Below are positions 55,224 through 64,000 of a DNA stretch of 64,000 bases, piece by piece. Source of the DNA: a virus; IMG/VR virus record IMGVR_UViG_3300025141_014429, positions 32,001 through 96,000 of that record; one strand, 5' to 3'. The number at the start of each line of letters is the position of its first letter. Within the stretch, counting starts at the first letter, position 1. Below the pieces are notes generated by a model. The model saw only the letters and a program-made list of their open reading frames with translations, had not been told where the DNA came from and did not search any database. A program made the position numbers and the translations under genes.

Positions 55224-56282
55224 ATGGCAGGAATACTTGATAGTAAAACTAGAATTATGGACGTTATTGTTACCCAAGAAGGGAGAAGACAAATAGCGTC
55301 AGGAAAGATGCGTCCAGAGTTTATTTCTTTTACTGATGGGCATACTTTTTATCAAAAAGAAGGAATGCAAGGAAACGAGGATCCAACAACAAGAATCTAT
55401 TTTGAAGCAACTTCTAGACTTAACGATTCAATTACGCTAGAAAGTGATGATAGCGGTAACTTAGTTCAATTTGACTTTTCACCTAAACACACACTAGTTG
55501 GCGAAGAGCTTTTTACAGCAACAGCTAGTAGTCCTGATTTATCAACAAATAAGTTTAGAATTCATAATTTTGGATCACAATTTGCTTCAACAGGTAAATT
55601 AATTGCTAGTGCAAGCATTAATAATTTCAAAAACTTGTATATGATTGGTACAAGAAATGGAGTTGAAGCTGAGCTTCCTGGAGATGGATTTGCTTTAAGC
55701 TCAAATACAGCAAGGTTTTCTATTAAAAACTACTCTCCTTGGATTGATGGCGCACATAATCAAAAAATAACAATAGATGCAATTGAACCGCTATTTACTG
55801 ATAAGAGGCTTTCACATCTTCCTAATTTTAAATATTTGCCACCAGAAACAATAACAGGAAACCCACTTGGCGTTTATCCAAATGTAAATGAATCTGCACC
55901 ACTCACATATTCAGAATTAATGAAAGAGATAGCTATTAAAAAACCCGAAGAGTTTGCAAAGTCAGATTCATTAGATCCATTCGACCACCCAAAAAGAAGA
56001 AATCTTCTTAAAAACTTTATGAAGCCAGAAGGCGTAATGGCAACAAAAGAAGGTAAGACTATACAATTTACTAATACATCTAAGACAAATAATGTCGTCA
56101 TGCAAATGTTTGAATTGAGTGATAATAAATTTAAAAAATTAGATATTATTGACTTTGGTACATTTAATGACCCACAAGACTTTGATAGACCTGAAAAACA
56201 TATATTTTTTGCTGGTAAAGTCTATGTTGATTCGAATGGATCACCAACTTTTGTCAACTTATTTACTTTCATACTGGACTAA
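55224..56282 (+). CDS. Hypothetical structural protein
   Basis: N-terminus MAGILDSKTRIMDVIVTQEGRRQIASG resembles the LD....D..lT..GR..l pattern I associate with large-phage baseplate-region proteins. GAGGA RBS. Confidence 0.55.
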   Translation: MAGILDSKTRIMDVIVTQEGRRQIASGKMRPEFISFTDGHTFYQKEGMQGNEDPTTRIYFEATSRLNDSITLESDDSGNLVQFDFSPKHTLVGEELFTATASSPDLSTNKFRIHNFGSQFASTGKLIASASINNFKNLYMIGTRNGVEAELPGDGFALSSNTARFSIKNYSPWIDGAHNQKITIDAIEPLFTDKRLSHLPNFKYLPPETITGNPLGVYPNVNESAPLTYSELMKEIAIKKPEEFAKSDSLDPFDHPKRRNLLKNFMKPEGVMATKEGKTIQFTNTSKTNNVVMQMFELSDNKFKKLDIIDFGTFNDPQDFDRPEKHIFFAGKVYVDSNGSPTFVNLFTFILD

Positions 56283-56284
56283 CA

Positions 56285-59053
56285 ATGATAATCGTAGATC
56301 CTGATTCAATTGACATTATAACAGAGCTTCCAGATGATGATGATATCGTTATTATTGATGTCAAGGGTGATAAAGATAATCCAGTTTATACATATAGAAT
56401 CCCTGTCAAGATCGATCTAAGAAAAGCTTTGCAAGCAAATGTATCAGACTTTTCAATTAAAGTTCTAAATAGACCTTTTTCTGAAATAAATAGTATTGGA
56501 TTCTTAGATGATCAGTCACTACAAGGACAGCCGTCAGATGTTAATCAACAAGTTAATTCATTTGTTGAAAAAAACATGATCAGATATTTAAATAAGCAAA
56601 AAGATGCTGTTATCAAAGAATACAAGACTGACTTTAAAGAAATACTAGATAAACAAATAATGTATAGATTTAAAGACTTATCTGATGAAGAACTTTTTGG
56701 AAAGGAAAGAATAGTTGTAGTTGCTGATAGTTCTCTTGATGAAGATAATACAATCTCATCAATTCCTCTTCATGACAATAAAACTCAAGAATATGATATT
56801 ACTTTTGAGCAAGCAGTTGATATCACATACCAAGAAGGTGGTGATCCTGCATCTGCTTTTGAGTCTGTGCAAGATGAACTTTCACTAACACAGCTTAAAC
56901 AAGGAACAACATTAAATAATTATGCTTCATTAAAGGGCAGGGATTCGCGTCTAAATAGAATTAAAGAAACGATAAGAAATACTTTTAGAGAAGAATCTAA
57001 TATAGATTTGTCCGACGGTAGCGATATTGATTTATCTAATGACGCGATTAATACAAATAGACTTAAGTCTTTTGAGATTAATCAGTCATTAAGAGAACAA
57101 AAAATATGTTTATACATTGATGTTGAACAAGAATTAATAGCAAAAACAGGGGGAAAGGTATTTTTAGCTATTGGTTGCTTCAATATATTTGGCTTGATTC
57201 TAGACACAACAGAACTAATTTTAAATCACAGCTCTTTTTCTGATGATCTTAGTATATTTTTACCTAAATTAAAAGTAGAATCAACAAGAACCGGAGTCAA
57301 TAAGGATATAATAGTTTTAGAAGTTGCTAATGAATCTTTTTCTGAAGTTAAAGCAAACATATATTACAAAGTCACTAATGAATGCGGTAGTTTAGATATG
57401 ATGCGATTTGAATTTGATAAGTCTATTACATTGAATCCAAAAAGCTCTAAGCGAATCAAATACACTGGTCTAGACTTGGAAGGCGAAGGTGGCGGCCCTA
57501 GAACAGCCGGCTCTGTTTTATTTAGAGTTACACCTGAGATCAAATCATACGAAGATGGAGCTTATCGACGAATAGCAAATACTTACTATGCAAATCTTAA
57601 ATCTAGTTATATTGAGAGAAATGTATTTATCCCTATTATGACATATAACAAATCTGGTTATATAGATGTTGAACTTCACAACATTCCAAAAAATATCACA
57701 TCAGTACAAATATATAAGCGAAATGTTACAAAAAAGCAAAGAGAGTTTCAGCCTATTCTTAACGAAATAGGTTCACAATACGAGATAGAAGTCCTGTCAA
57801 ACAATCAAAATACTGTGCTTTTAAGTGATTATGACGTAAGAGATGAGAATTTTTACGAATATAAAGCAAAAATTATTTATGGACCGGGTGAAGAATACTT
57901 TACTCTAAATTCTGGTATTATAGAGTATCTAAGTATTGATGATTTAGTCAAGTTAGATATAGTGGGACAATCTGGAGAAGGTAATTACAGCTTTACTGTT
58001 AATGTTGAAAAATCACTATCAGCAGCGGATAGGCTTTTTGATCAGATATCTTCATTCGGTAAACAACCTAAGAATGTTGATGTTTCCTCTGTATCAAACC
58101 CAGCTTTTCAACTATTTGAAAATGAACTTAAGCAAATTAATGCGCTTATTTTAGACGCAGTATTGATTAGAGTTAAACGATTTAATTGTGTTACAGGTGA
58201 AATGCTCAATATTGGTGAGTTCAATGTTGAGTTTAATCAAAATAGTTCTTCCCAAGGAACAGCATTAGTTGAAGATACTTTTGGATCAAAATCAGGGCAA
58301 AAATATGTATATGCAATACAACCTTTTGCTAGGTCTGTTTATGAGCTATTAGTTAGTATCAATTCAAAATTGAAAGATTTAGCCAAACAATCTCCGATCG
58401 CAGGAAAAAATATAATAAGTCAATTAGTTAGAATAACAGAGGAAGGTATCGAATCATCTGTAGGTTCTAAGTATTATTCTAGGTCCAATTATAAGAGAGG
58501 AACTTTGCAATCAGATATGCAGAGTGTAGAACAAGTAAATGGTGACTTGTGGCTTTATGGAAGAAATGGTAATATTGAGTATCTTGAAAATAATAAGCCT
58601 AGAAAAACAATTAATTTTGAAAATACTAGAATATCATTAGTTAAAGCTGTGCAAGGATTGGCTGAAGTTTATGAGTCAAAATTGCAAGTAGTTTTTACAG
58701 CAGCTGATCCAGAAGTCATGGCTTTTCCATTTTCACCTAAAATTGTTAGAAGACCTGTTAAAAAGTCAATATCTGATTCATTTATAGATGACATAGTAAA
58801 AATTGAGTTTGACTTTGATGATGATCAAGGAGAAGTTGATTATTTTGTAATTACTGCCCTTAAAGATGGGCAGAATAGAATAGTCGCCGGTATACATTGT
58901 CCAGACGAAGACGTTGGATCTTTTACTTACATAGATGATAGTCAAATAGGTTATCATGGTGCTATATCTTATACAATTTATGCTGTTAACGAAGACAAAA
59001 CAATCCAAGGACCTTTTAATTTAGGTATGATAATAGTTGGATCAGGAGTTTAA
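56285..59053 (+). CDS. Large hypothetical protein with Ig/FN3-like beta segments
   Basis: Repeated VELHN.P..I..V.IYKR...YEYKA and VKIEFDF...YFVI...SFTYID...YTIYAVN patterns. Confidence 0.6.
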   Translation: MIIVDPDSIDIITELPDDDDIVIIDVKGDKDNPVYTYRIPVKIDLRKALQANVSDFSIKVLNRPFSEINSIGFLDDQSLQGQPSDVNQQVNSFVEKNMIRYLNKQKDAVIKEYKTDFKEILDKQIMYRFKDLSDEELFGKERIVVVADSSLDEDNTISSIPLHDNKTQEYDITFEQAVDITYQEGGDPASAFESVQDELSLTQLKQGTTLNNYASLKGRDSRLNRIKETIRNTFREESNIDLSDGSDIDLSNDAINTNRLKSFEINQSLREQKICLYIDVEQELIAKTGGKVFLAIGCFNIFGLILDTTELILNHSSFSDDLSIFLPKLKVESTRTGVNKDIIVLEVANESFSEVKANIYYKVTNECGSLDMMRFEFDKSITLNPKSSKRIKYTGLDLEGEGGGPRTAGSVLFRVTPEIKSYEDGAYRRIANTYYANLKSSYIERNVFIPIMTYNKSGYIDVELHNIPKNITSVQIYKRNVTKKQREFQPILNEIGSQYEIEVLSNNQNTVLLSDYDVRDENFYEYKAKIIYGPGEEYFTLNSGIIEYLSIDDLVKLDIVGQSGEGNYSFTVNVEKSLSAADRLFDQISSFGKQPKNVDVSSVSNPAFQLFENELKQINALILDAVLIRVKRFNCVTGEMLNIGEFNVEFNQNSSSQGTALVEDTFGSKSGQKYVYAIQPFARSVYELLVSINSKLKDLAKQSPIAGKNIISQLVRITEEGIESSVGSKYYSRSNYKRGTLQSDMQSVEQVNGDLWLYGRNGNIEYLENNKPRKTINFENTRISLVKAVQGLAEVYESKLQVVFTAADPEVMAFPFSPKIVRRPVKKSISDSFIDDIVKIEFDFDDDQGEVDYFVITALKDGQNRIVAGIHCPDEDVGSFTYIDDSQIGYHGAISYTIYAVNEDKTIQGPFNLGMIIVGSGV

Positions 59054-59055
59054 GA

Positions 59056-62000
59056 ATGCCTAGAAGACCTAAGATAAAATTTAATGCGCAACCAAAACGC
59101 CCGTCTAGAGCTGTTACAGGTGCACAATCAAAAGCTGCAATAACTAGTGCACAAATTGGAATGAGGGAGGCTAAAAAAAGTGCTAGAGAGAATGCTGAGA
59201 AGACAATTAAGATACCCAGCCCTAACGGAAAAGATAGAAATCAACTTCTATCAGATAGAGGTATATCAGTAGTCAGACCTGAAATAATTGCTGCAACTGA
59301 ATTCATACCGCTCGTCAAAGATGATGATCCTTCTGATGCAACTTTTACAATGACATCTGGAGATAAAGAATTTAAAGTTGATGTTTCAAATGCTGCAAGA
59401 CTTCTAGAAATGCAAGTAGTTGCTCAAACAATGCTATTCGAAAACATAAGAGAGGTTTTAACAATTTATGCCGGCGGTGATATTGTAGGAATCCTTGATC
59501 AATTTTTAACTTTTTTAAATGGTGAATACGCCGGCGAAATAAATGTAGGCACAATCAATAATATGAAAAGACAGATTAAAGATGCTATAAAAAGTGCTTA
59601 TTTTGTTATGCCTACTGACTTAAGTGAAGCAGACTTAGCCACAGGAAGGCTTAAAAAAGTACAAGAAGCAAAGAAAAGTCTAGAAAGTTTAAGTCAAAGA
59701 TTTAATAAGTTAGATAACAAATACCAAGATCTATTAATAGAATATGTTGCAAGATACTATCTTGTTAAACATTCAAATAACTTCTTAAGAGAAATGGGAC
59801 TTTCTAAGATTAGAATTAAAAAGACGTTTGATATACTGAGCTCAGATCCTTCTACTTTAAAAGATTCTTCAGATACTCGTGTAAAAAATGCTAGAGAATA
59901 CATAACACAAGGAACAGCTGCACAAGGATTAGGGCTTTTACTTCCTGATATGAAAAGCTATATAGCAAATAATTTAATATCAGACTTGAAAAATGCTAAA
60001 AAAGCAAACTCTAGTAGAAATCTAATGCATGTAATCAAAGCGCTTTCATCTGATATGCAATTTAAGGAAAGACAAACAACAGTAGATTACAGTAAGGATC
60101 AAATACCTGCTACAGTTAAAACTGAGCCATCTCTTGAAAATGGTCAAGCTTCATATGAAACATTTAATGTTTCTACTTTTTTTGGTACTCCTGGGTCTAG
60201 ATCTAATATGATTACTGGTAATAAGTCAGGAAAAAATTTTTCCAACAATGCTTATGATCGTGTGAGAACAATCATTAGGGGGAACAGAACAAGTTTTAAA
60301 AAAATGATAGGTAATAGTGCTAATTTAAGTTTTGAAAAGATTGAAAGTGATATATCGCCACTACTAGCAAGGTGTCTATCAGATGTAACTCTTCACAATA
60401 ATTTTTCAGTAAAAAATTCTGTGTCTGATTTTAAAGTGATTGCTAGTAATCAAGAAAACACTAGTGCACAAGTTAATTTTAATGTTGGCAGTTACTGTAA
60501 ATCTGCTTTGTACAATAAAGACTTAGACTCGAGTCAAGTTATATCTAACATGTTTATGTCTGATCAGTCTAATAATGGTATAGTACCCAATAAGATTGCA
60601 AACTCTTTTAAAATAGATGCTGATAACAAAGTTCTGCCTTTTGAGCAGAACTTTGGAGACTTGTCTGTAGGTGAACCGTACATTCCGGGTGGAAGTTATT
60701 ATTTTGATCAAGGTCTTCAAGAGTTAAGTCAGGGAAATGAAAATAATGTTTTCACAGACTTGACGACATTTTCAAATACATTAGACACGGTAATCAATGA
60801 CATATTTTCAGATTTTAATACGATGAGAGGCTTCAGTAGTCGTGATTCAGATAATCTGTTAAATAGTCAAGAACTATTAGACAATTTTAACAATAAGATT
60901 GCAGACTGGTTGAACAAATATTATAATAAGTCTAACCCTGGTTTCAACAACCTCTTTTTCTGGTTATTCATAGAAAAATGTACAAAAGATCAGTATTTTT
61001 TAACTACATTCATAACTTATCTCAAATTAATGGAATACAGGGTTAATCCGCAACCTGAGACTGGGGGTACTAACATGAATAGACCTGTCTCTAATGCATT
61101 TACCAATGTATATAAAAATAAACCCAGGGCTAGGAATTTTGCTGCAAGAGAAGGCGAGGACGAACAAAAAAAACACAGAGAAAAAGTAAGCCTTAGAAAT
61201 TATTGTGTGTCTCACATGTTTCTTGAAATAATGACAGATCTCTTAGGGCAGAAAAAGAATGGAAAGGGAGATGGGTTAGGTAACGATTTTGATCTTAAAG
61301 TAAAACATGTTCGAAGAAAAGTTAAGATGTATGGATTGGGCGCAGATGCGATTGGAAATAAAGGTTTGATGGTTTCTACTACTAGTGATAAGTTTTTCCG
61401 GAACCCTTGGAAAACATTCTATGATGAAGTAATTAATGGAAATTGTTGGGATGATTTAAGACATACCGGTGCTCCAGAAGAAAATGTATTTGAAAAAACA
61501 ATCCCCATGCTTCATCCTTATGAAAGCATGCTTGCTAGTCGAGCAAAAAATAATTTAAAAAGAACAATCGGGTCTAACACCGGGGAAGGTGATACTAATA
61601 AGAAAAACACAAACGGGGGCGTGGGTAGGTATCAACCTGGTTTTACCGGAGGTGTTAATGATTTAGAAAATAATATACCTTTAAATACAAATAGGGAGCG
61701 AACTTACCTTGGTTTAGATAGTACTAAAGATATGCGAGGATTTGCGCATCTTATGTATTTTATATCAGTTCTAAGCAAGATGAGTGTATTCAAAGTAGAA
61801 GTATTTGCCGGAGAGCCACAATTAAAAATTAAAATCTATAGAAAAGTAATAAAATCAGGTATAGCAGCACTCAGAGGTAATCAATTTGACTCTGATAATC
61901 ATTCTAGAACAATATTTAATAATATCAAAAGAATCACAGGCGCAGTTAAGAATGATATTAGAGAGAATAATAAAAGTTGTTTCAATCATCTTTTAATTAT

Positions 62001-63309
62001 GAAAGCGCAAGCTCAGACAATGAAAAATCAAGTTAGTGAGATTAAAAGTTTTGTCAAAGGTACAGGAAGCGAAAATGATTATAGGGAGATATTAAGAATT
62101 TTTGATGAATCCGGAATAGGTAGGGAACTTTTGAGTTTTGTAAGCCCATCGATGTTAGCATCTAACAAATACTCGCAAATGAAATTAATGACAGGGGCAA
62201 AGAAATTTCCTCACATACCGTCAGCTGATGTAATTACTTCAAAACAATTAAAAAATATGATGACTTTTTTCAATCAAAAGACAAGAGGTTTTCATGCAAA
62301 AGAAACCTTAGATGTCTTAAATGGAAGAAAAACAGTTATGCATGTAGGGATTCCTGCTGGTATGTTAGAAAACTTACAATTTGAAGCGCTTAGAGAAACT
62401 GGTGACAATTTGTATGAAGGGTCAAACCTGGTAATGGTTGCAATACATAGAAAAGATGTGCTTAATTCGAGATCATATGTATACCCAAAGACTTTTGTTT
62501 TTGATATGAGTAGATTCGTAATTGACTACCCTGAAAACGGATCTGTGAGTCAAACATCTGATCAATCATTTTTAAGTGCACAAGACCTGCTCAACAACTC
62601 TCAGATTCATAAGATAGATGGGCTTGGAAGCGCATTTAGAATTCCTAAAGGTAAAGCATATCATGAAGATAGCTTTGGAATATTTGATTTTGAAAATCAA
62701 CCAGGGTATACTGATAAATTTCAAAAAGATGTATTCCATAATCATCTAACAGATCACTATCTAAAGATGTATTATAAATTCTTACTAGGGCTTGACTTTG
62801 ATGAATATGTTTACCAGTTGACTCGTGACAGTGCTATAAGAAACGGACCTGATCAAATCAATGTTGACCTACTCAATCAAATAATAACTAATAATGAATC
62901 AGTCTTTCCAGATGCATTTAAAGATGTTAATTCTGCAAGAGAACTATTTAAAATAAATACTGGAATAGCAAATACATTATTTTTTAATGCTGAGCACTAC
63001 TCAAAAGCTTCATTATATCCAAATGCATTTGATCGTGTTTTTTCTGTTCTTTTAAATGAAAGAGACTTCATATATTATACAGGAGATATTACAAAAGATA
63101 AGTCTACTAAACAATACGGAAGGATAGTTGGGAATCAATTTAGAACAGATGGCCAGATCGAAACAATAAATAAAATAAGAAAACCTCTGTCTAGTATAAC
63201 AATTGGTGAAAAATACCATAATAAAACTAGAGACAAAGATTTTCCACAAGTCTATATGTATTATGCAGAAATCAGTATAATGAGAAGAATTGAAACACCA
63301 AGTTTCTAG
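59056..63309 (+). CDS. Very large hypothetical protein (1417 aa)
   Basis: Uninterrupted ORF 2 nt after the previous stop. No family recognised. Confidence 0.65.
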   Translation: MPRRPKIKFNAQPKRPSRAVTGAQSKAAITSAQIGMREAKKSARENAEKTIKIPSPNGKDRNQLLSDRGISVVRPEIIAATEFIPLVKDDDPSDATFTMTSGDKEFKVDVSNAARLLEMQVVAQTMLFENIREVLTIYAGGDIVGILDQFLTFLNGEYAGEINVGTINNMKRQIKDAIKSAYFVMPTDLSEADLATGRLKKVQEAKKSLESLSQRFNKLDNKYQDLLIEYVARYYLVKHSNNFLREMGLSKIRIKKTFDILSSDPSTLKDSSDTRVKNAREYITQGTAAQGLGLLLPDMKSYIANNLISDLKNAKKANSSRNLMHVIKALSSDMQFKERQTTVDYSKDQIPATVKTEPSLENGQASYETFNVSTFFGTPGSRSNMITGNKSGKNFSNNAYDRVRTIIRGNRTSFKKMIGNSANLSFEKIESDISPLLARCLSDVTLHNNFSVKNSVSDFKVIASNQENTSAQVNFNVGSYCKSALYNKDLDSSQVISNMFMSDQSNNGIVPNKIANSFKIDADNKVLPFEQNFGDLSVGEPYIPGGSYYFDQGLQELSQGNENNVFTDLTTFSNTLDTVINDIFSDFNTMRGFSSRDSDNLLNSQELLDNFNNKIADWLNKYYNKSNPGFNNLFFWLFIEKCTKDQYFLTTFITYLKLMEYRVNPQPETGGTNMNRPVSNAFTNVYKNKPRARNFAAREGEDEQKKHREKVSLRNYCVSHMFLEIMTDLLGQKKNGKGDGLGNDFDLKVKHVRRKVKMYGLGADAIGNKGLMVSTTSDKFFRNPWKTFYDEVINGNCWDDLRHTGAPEENVFEKTIPMLHPYESMLASRAKNNLKRTIGSNTGEGDTNKKNTNGGVGRYQPGFTGGVNDLENNIPLNTNRERTYLGLDSTKDMRGFAHLMYFISVLSKMSVFKVEVFAGEPQLKIKIYRKVIKSGIAALRGNQFDSDNHSRTIFNNIKRITGAVKNDIRENNKSCFNHLLIMKAQAQTMKNQVSEIKSFVKGTGSENDYREILRIFDESGIGRELLSFVSPSMLASNKYSQMKLMTGAKKFPHIPSADVITSKQLKNMMTFFNQKTRGFHAKETLDVLNGRKTVMHVGIPAGMLENLQFEALRETGDNLYEGSNLVMVAIHRKDVLNSRSYVYPKTFVFDMSRFVIDYPENGSVSQTSDQSFLSAQDLLNNSQIHKIDGLGSAFRIPKGKAYHEDSFGIFDFENQPGYTDKFQKDVFHNHLTDHYLKMYYKFLLGLDFDEYVYQLTRDSAIRNGPDQINVDLLNQIITNNESVFPDAFKDVNSARELFKINTGIANTLFFNAEHYSKASLYPNAFDRVFSVLLNERDFIYYTGDITKDKSTKQYGRIVGNQFRTDGQIETINKIRKPLSSITIGEKYHNKTRDKDFPQVYMYYAEISIMRRIETPSF

Positions 63310-63317
63310 GAATTACA

Positions 63318-64000
63318 ATGTCAATTAAAAGAATCACAGGAAAAAATTTAAATAGAAGAAAGGTAAATGCCGCTGCTAGTCTAATAGGAAAGAGTAAAAA
63401 ATTATCTGATAGAGTTATTGATCAAAGCCAATTAGAAAAAAAGATAGAAATAATGAATCTATCAGAGAATGTCGGTTATACTTCTTATACATCACGCGCT
63501 GTCCCCTCTGTAGACATTCCTGATCCGGATGACATAAAACTAGAGTTTGTTTACAACTATTATACACCTGACGAAAGAGTCCAAAGACAAATAAGCAAAG
63601 AAGATCAAATTATTAATTTAAACTCGAGTGATGAAGCACAATTACTATATCAAATTACAAATGATAAAAAACCAAGATACATACGAATTGACTTTAAGCC
63701 GGCAAGATTCTTAAAAAATGATGATGAATTAAATATTGCTGATGTTAATATTCTCGACAATTTAGATAAACTTTTTGTTGAAGGTGCAACTAGTTCAAAA
63801 TATTTCTCAGGAACAGAGCTTGTTGATACATTATCAGATCAAAATTTCTATAATTTAGGTGAGTTATCAGAATTTATTTTATCTACAAAAGAGGTAGACA
63901 ACTCACCAAATTCTAATGCTCAAAAACTAGCAAAAAAAATTAAGTCAAATGATCTAAAAGGTAGTCATAAAAAATTGATAATGGATACGATGTCAGATTT
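63318..64000 (+). CDS. Hypothetical protein, 3'-truncated by the window edge
   Basis: ATG 63318 behind AGGA. MSIKRITGKNLNRRKVNAAASL...FVYNYYTPDER... is open to the window end (not in the ORF track because it has no stop). Confidence 0.7.
   Translation, partial: MSIKRITGKNLNRRKVNAAASLIGKSKKLSDRVIDQSQLEKKIEIMNLSENVGYTSYTSRAVPSVDIPDPDDIKLEFVYNYYTPDERVQRQISKEDQIINLNSSDEAQLLYQITNDKKPRYIRIDFKPARFLKNDDELNIADVNILDNLDKLFVEGATSSKYFSGTELVDTLSDQNFYNLGELSEFILSTKEVDNSPNSNAQKLAKKIKSNDLKGSHKKLIMDTMSD

Noticed and set aside
59467-59549. Imperfect 23-nt repeat 60 bp apart (YAGGDIVG / YAGEINVG), and IDLS-x-x-x-x-IDLS near 57000
   Set aside because: Only two degenerate copies inside a coding region. This is consistent with a small ancient duplication or chance, with no array or mobile-element features.
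453-63249. Short overlapping ORFs in the track (e.g. 453-668, 2686-2931, 5880-6104, 7602-7940, 10778-10996, 16073-16291, 39545-39841, 41167-41613, 51719-52033)
   Set aside because: They lie antisense or out of frame within well-supported genes, have no RBS or motif, and have the composition expected of shadow ORFs.
1-64000. Genome-wide stop-codon reassignment (code 15 or 4)
   Set aside because: Genes up to 1417 aa are uninterrupted in code 11, conserved proteins (SpoVR, PhoH) end at TAG where expected, and TAG-TAA double stops occur (25006-25011, 29708-29713).
1-64000. CRISPR array, tRNA, rRNA, integrase/transposase, introns or inteins
   Set aside because: Intergenic gaps are all under about 120 bp with no repeat-spacer periodicity or tRNA T-loop/cloverleaf seen. 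Conserved enzymes have normal lengths with no insertions.

Overview
AT-rich (roughly 30% GC by eye), densely coding, almost entirely plus-strand segment. It reads as part of a very large contractile-tailed (myovirus-type, jumbo/huge) bacteriophage genome in standard code 11. I saw no rRNA, tRNA, CRISPR array, integrase or transposase. Layout from left to right: (1) 1-3.9 kb: peptidoglycan-binding protein, M15 peptidase, two proteases and a Pol-beta-type nucleotidyltransferase. (2) 4.0-12.7 kb: a host-like yeaH-spoVR-prkA trio, then a degenerate GroEL-like gene, small unknowns, an Hc1 histone-like protein, a stand-alone sigma-region-4 protein and PIN-PhoH. (3) 12.7-15 kb: two lectin-like mini-proteins and a tail fibre with an S74 chaperone. 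(4) 15-38 kb: a glycan island with 9 glycosyltransferase genes, 3 methyltransferase domains, dTDP-3-amino-sugar and GDP-fucose pathways, and an unusual ulosonic-acid module (GT29-like + NeuA-like + DRE-TIM aldolase, no NeuB/KdsA). It also holds a QueF homolog lacking the catalytic Cys, a ferredoxin and a RecB/Cas4-like nuclease. (5) 38.4-64 kb: a gp55-like sigma factor and a baseplate/tail module (hub-like, gp25, gp6/J-like, LamG wedge, several very large unknowns). The best candidates for undescribed systems are the cytoplasmic (probably virion) glycosylation machinery with its NeuB-independent keto-acid sugar route, and the phage-borne PrkA/YeaH/SpoVR unit coupled to a probably ATPase-dead chaperonin. 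All calls come from motif recognition by eye; no database searches were run.
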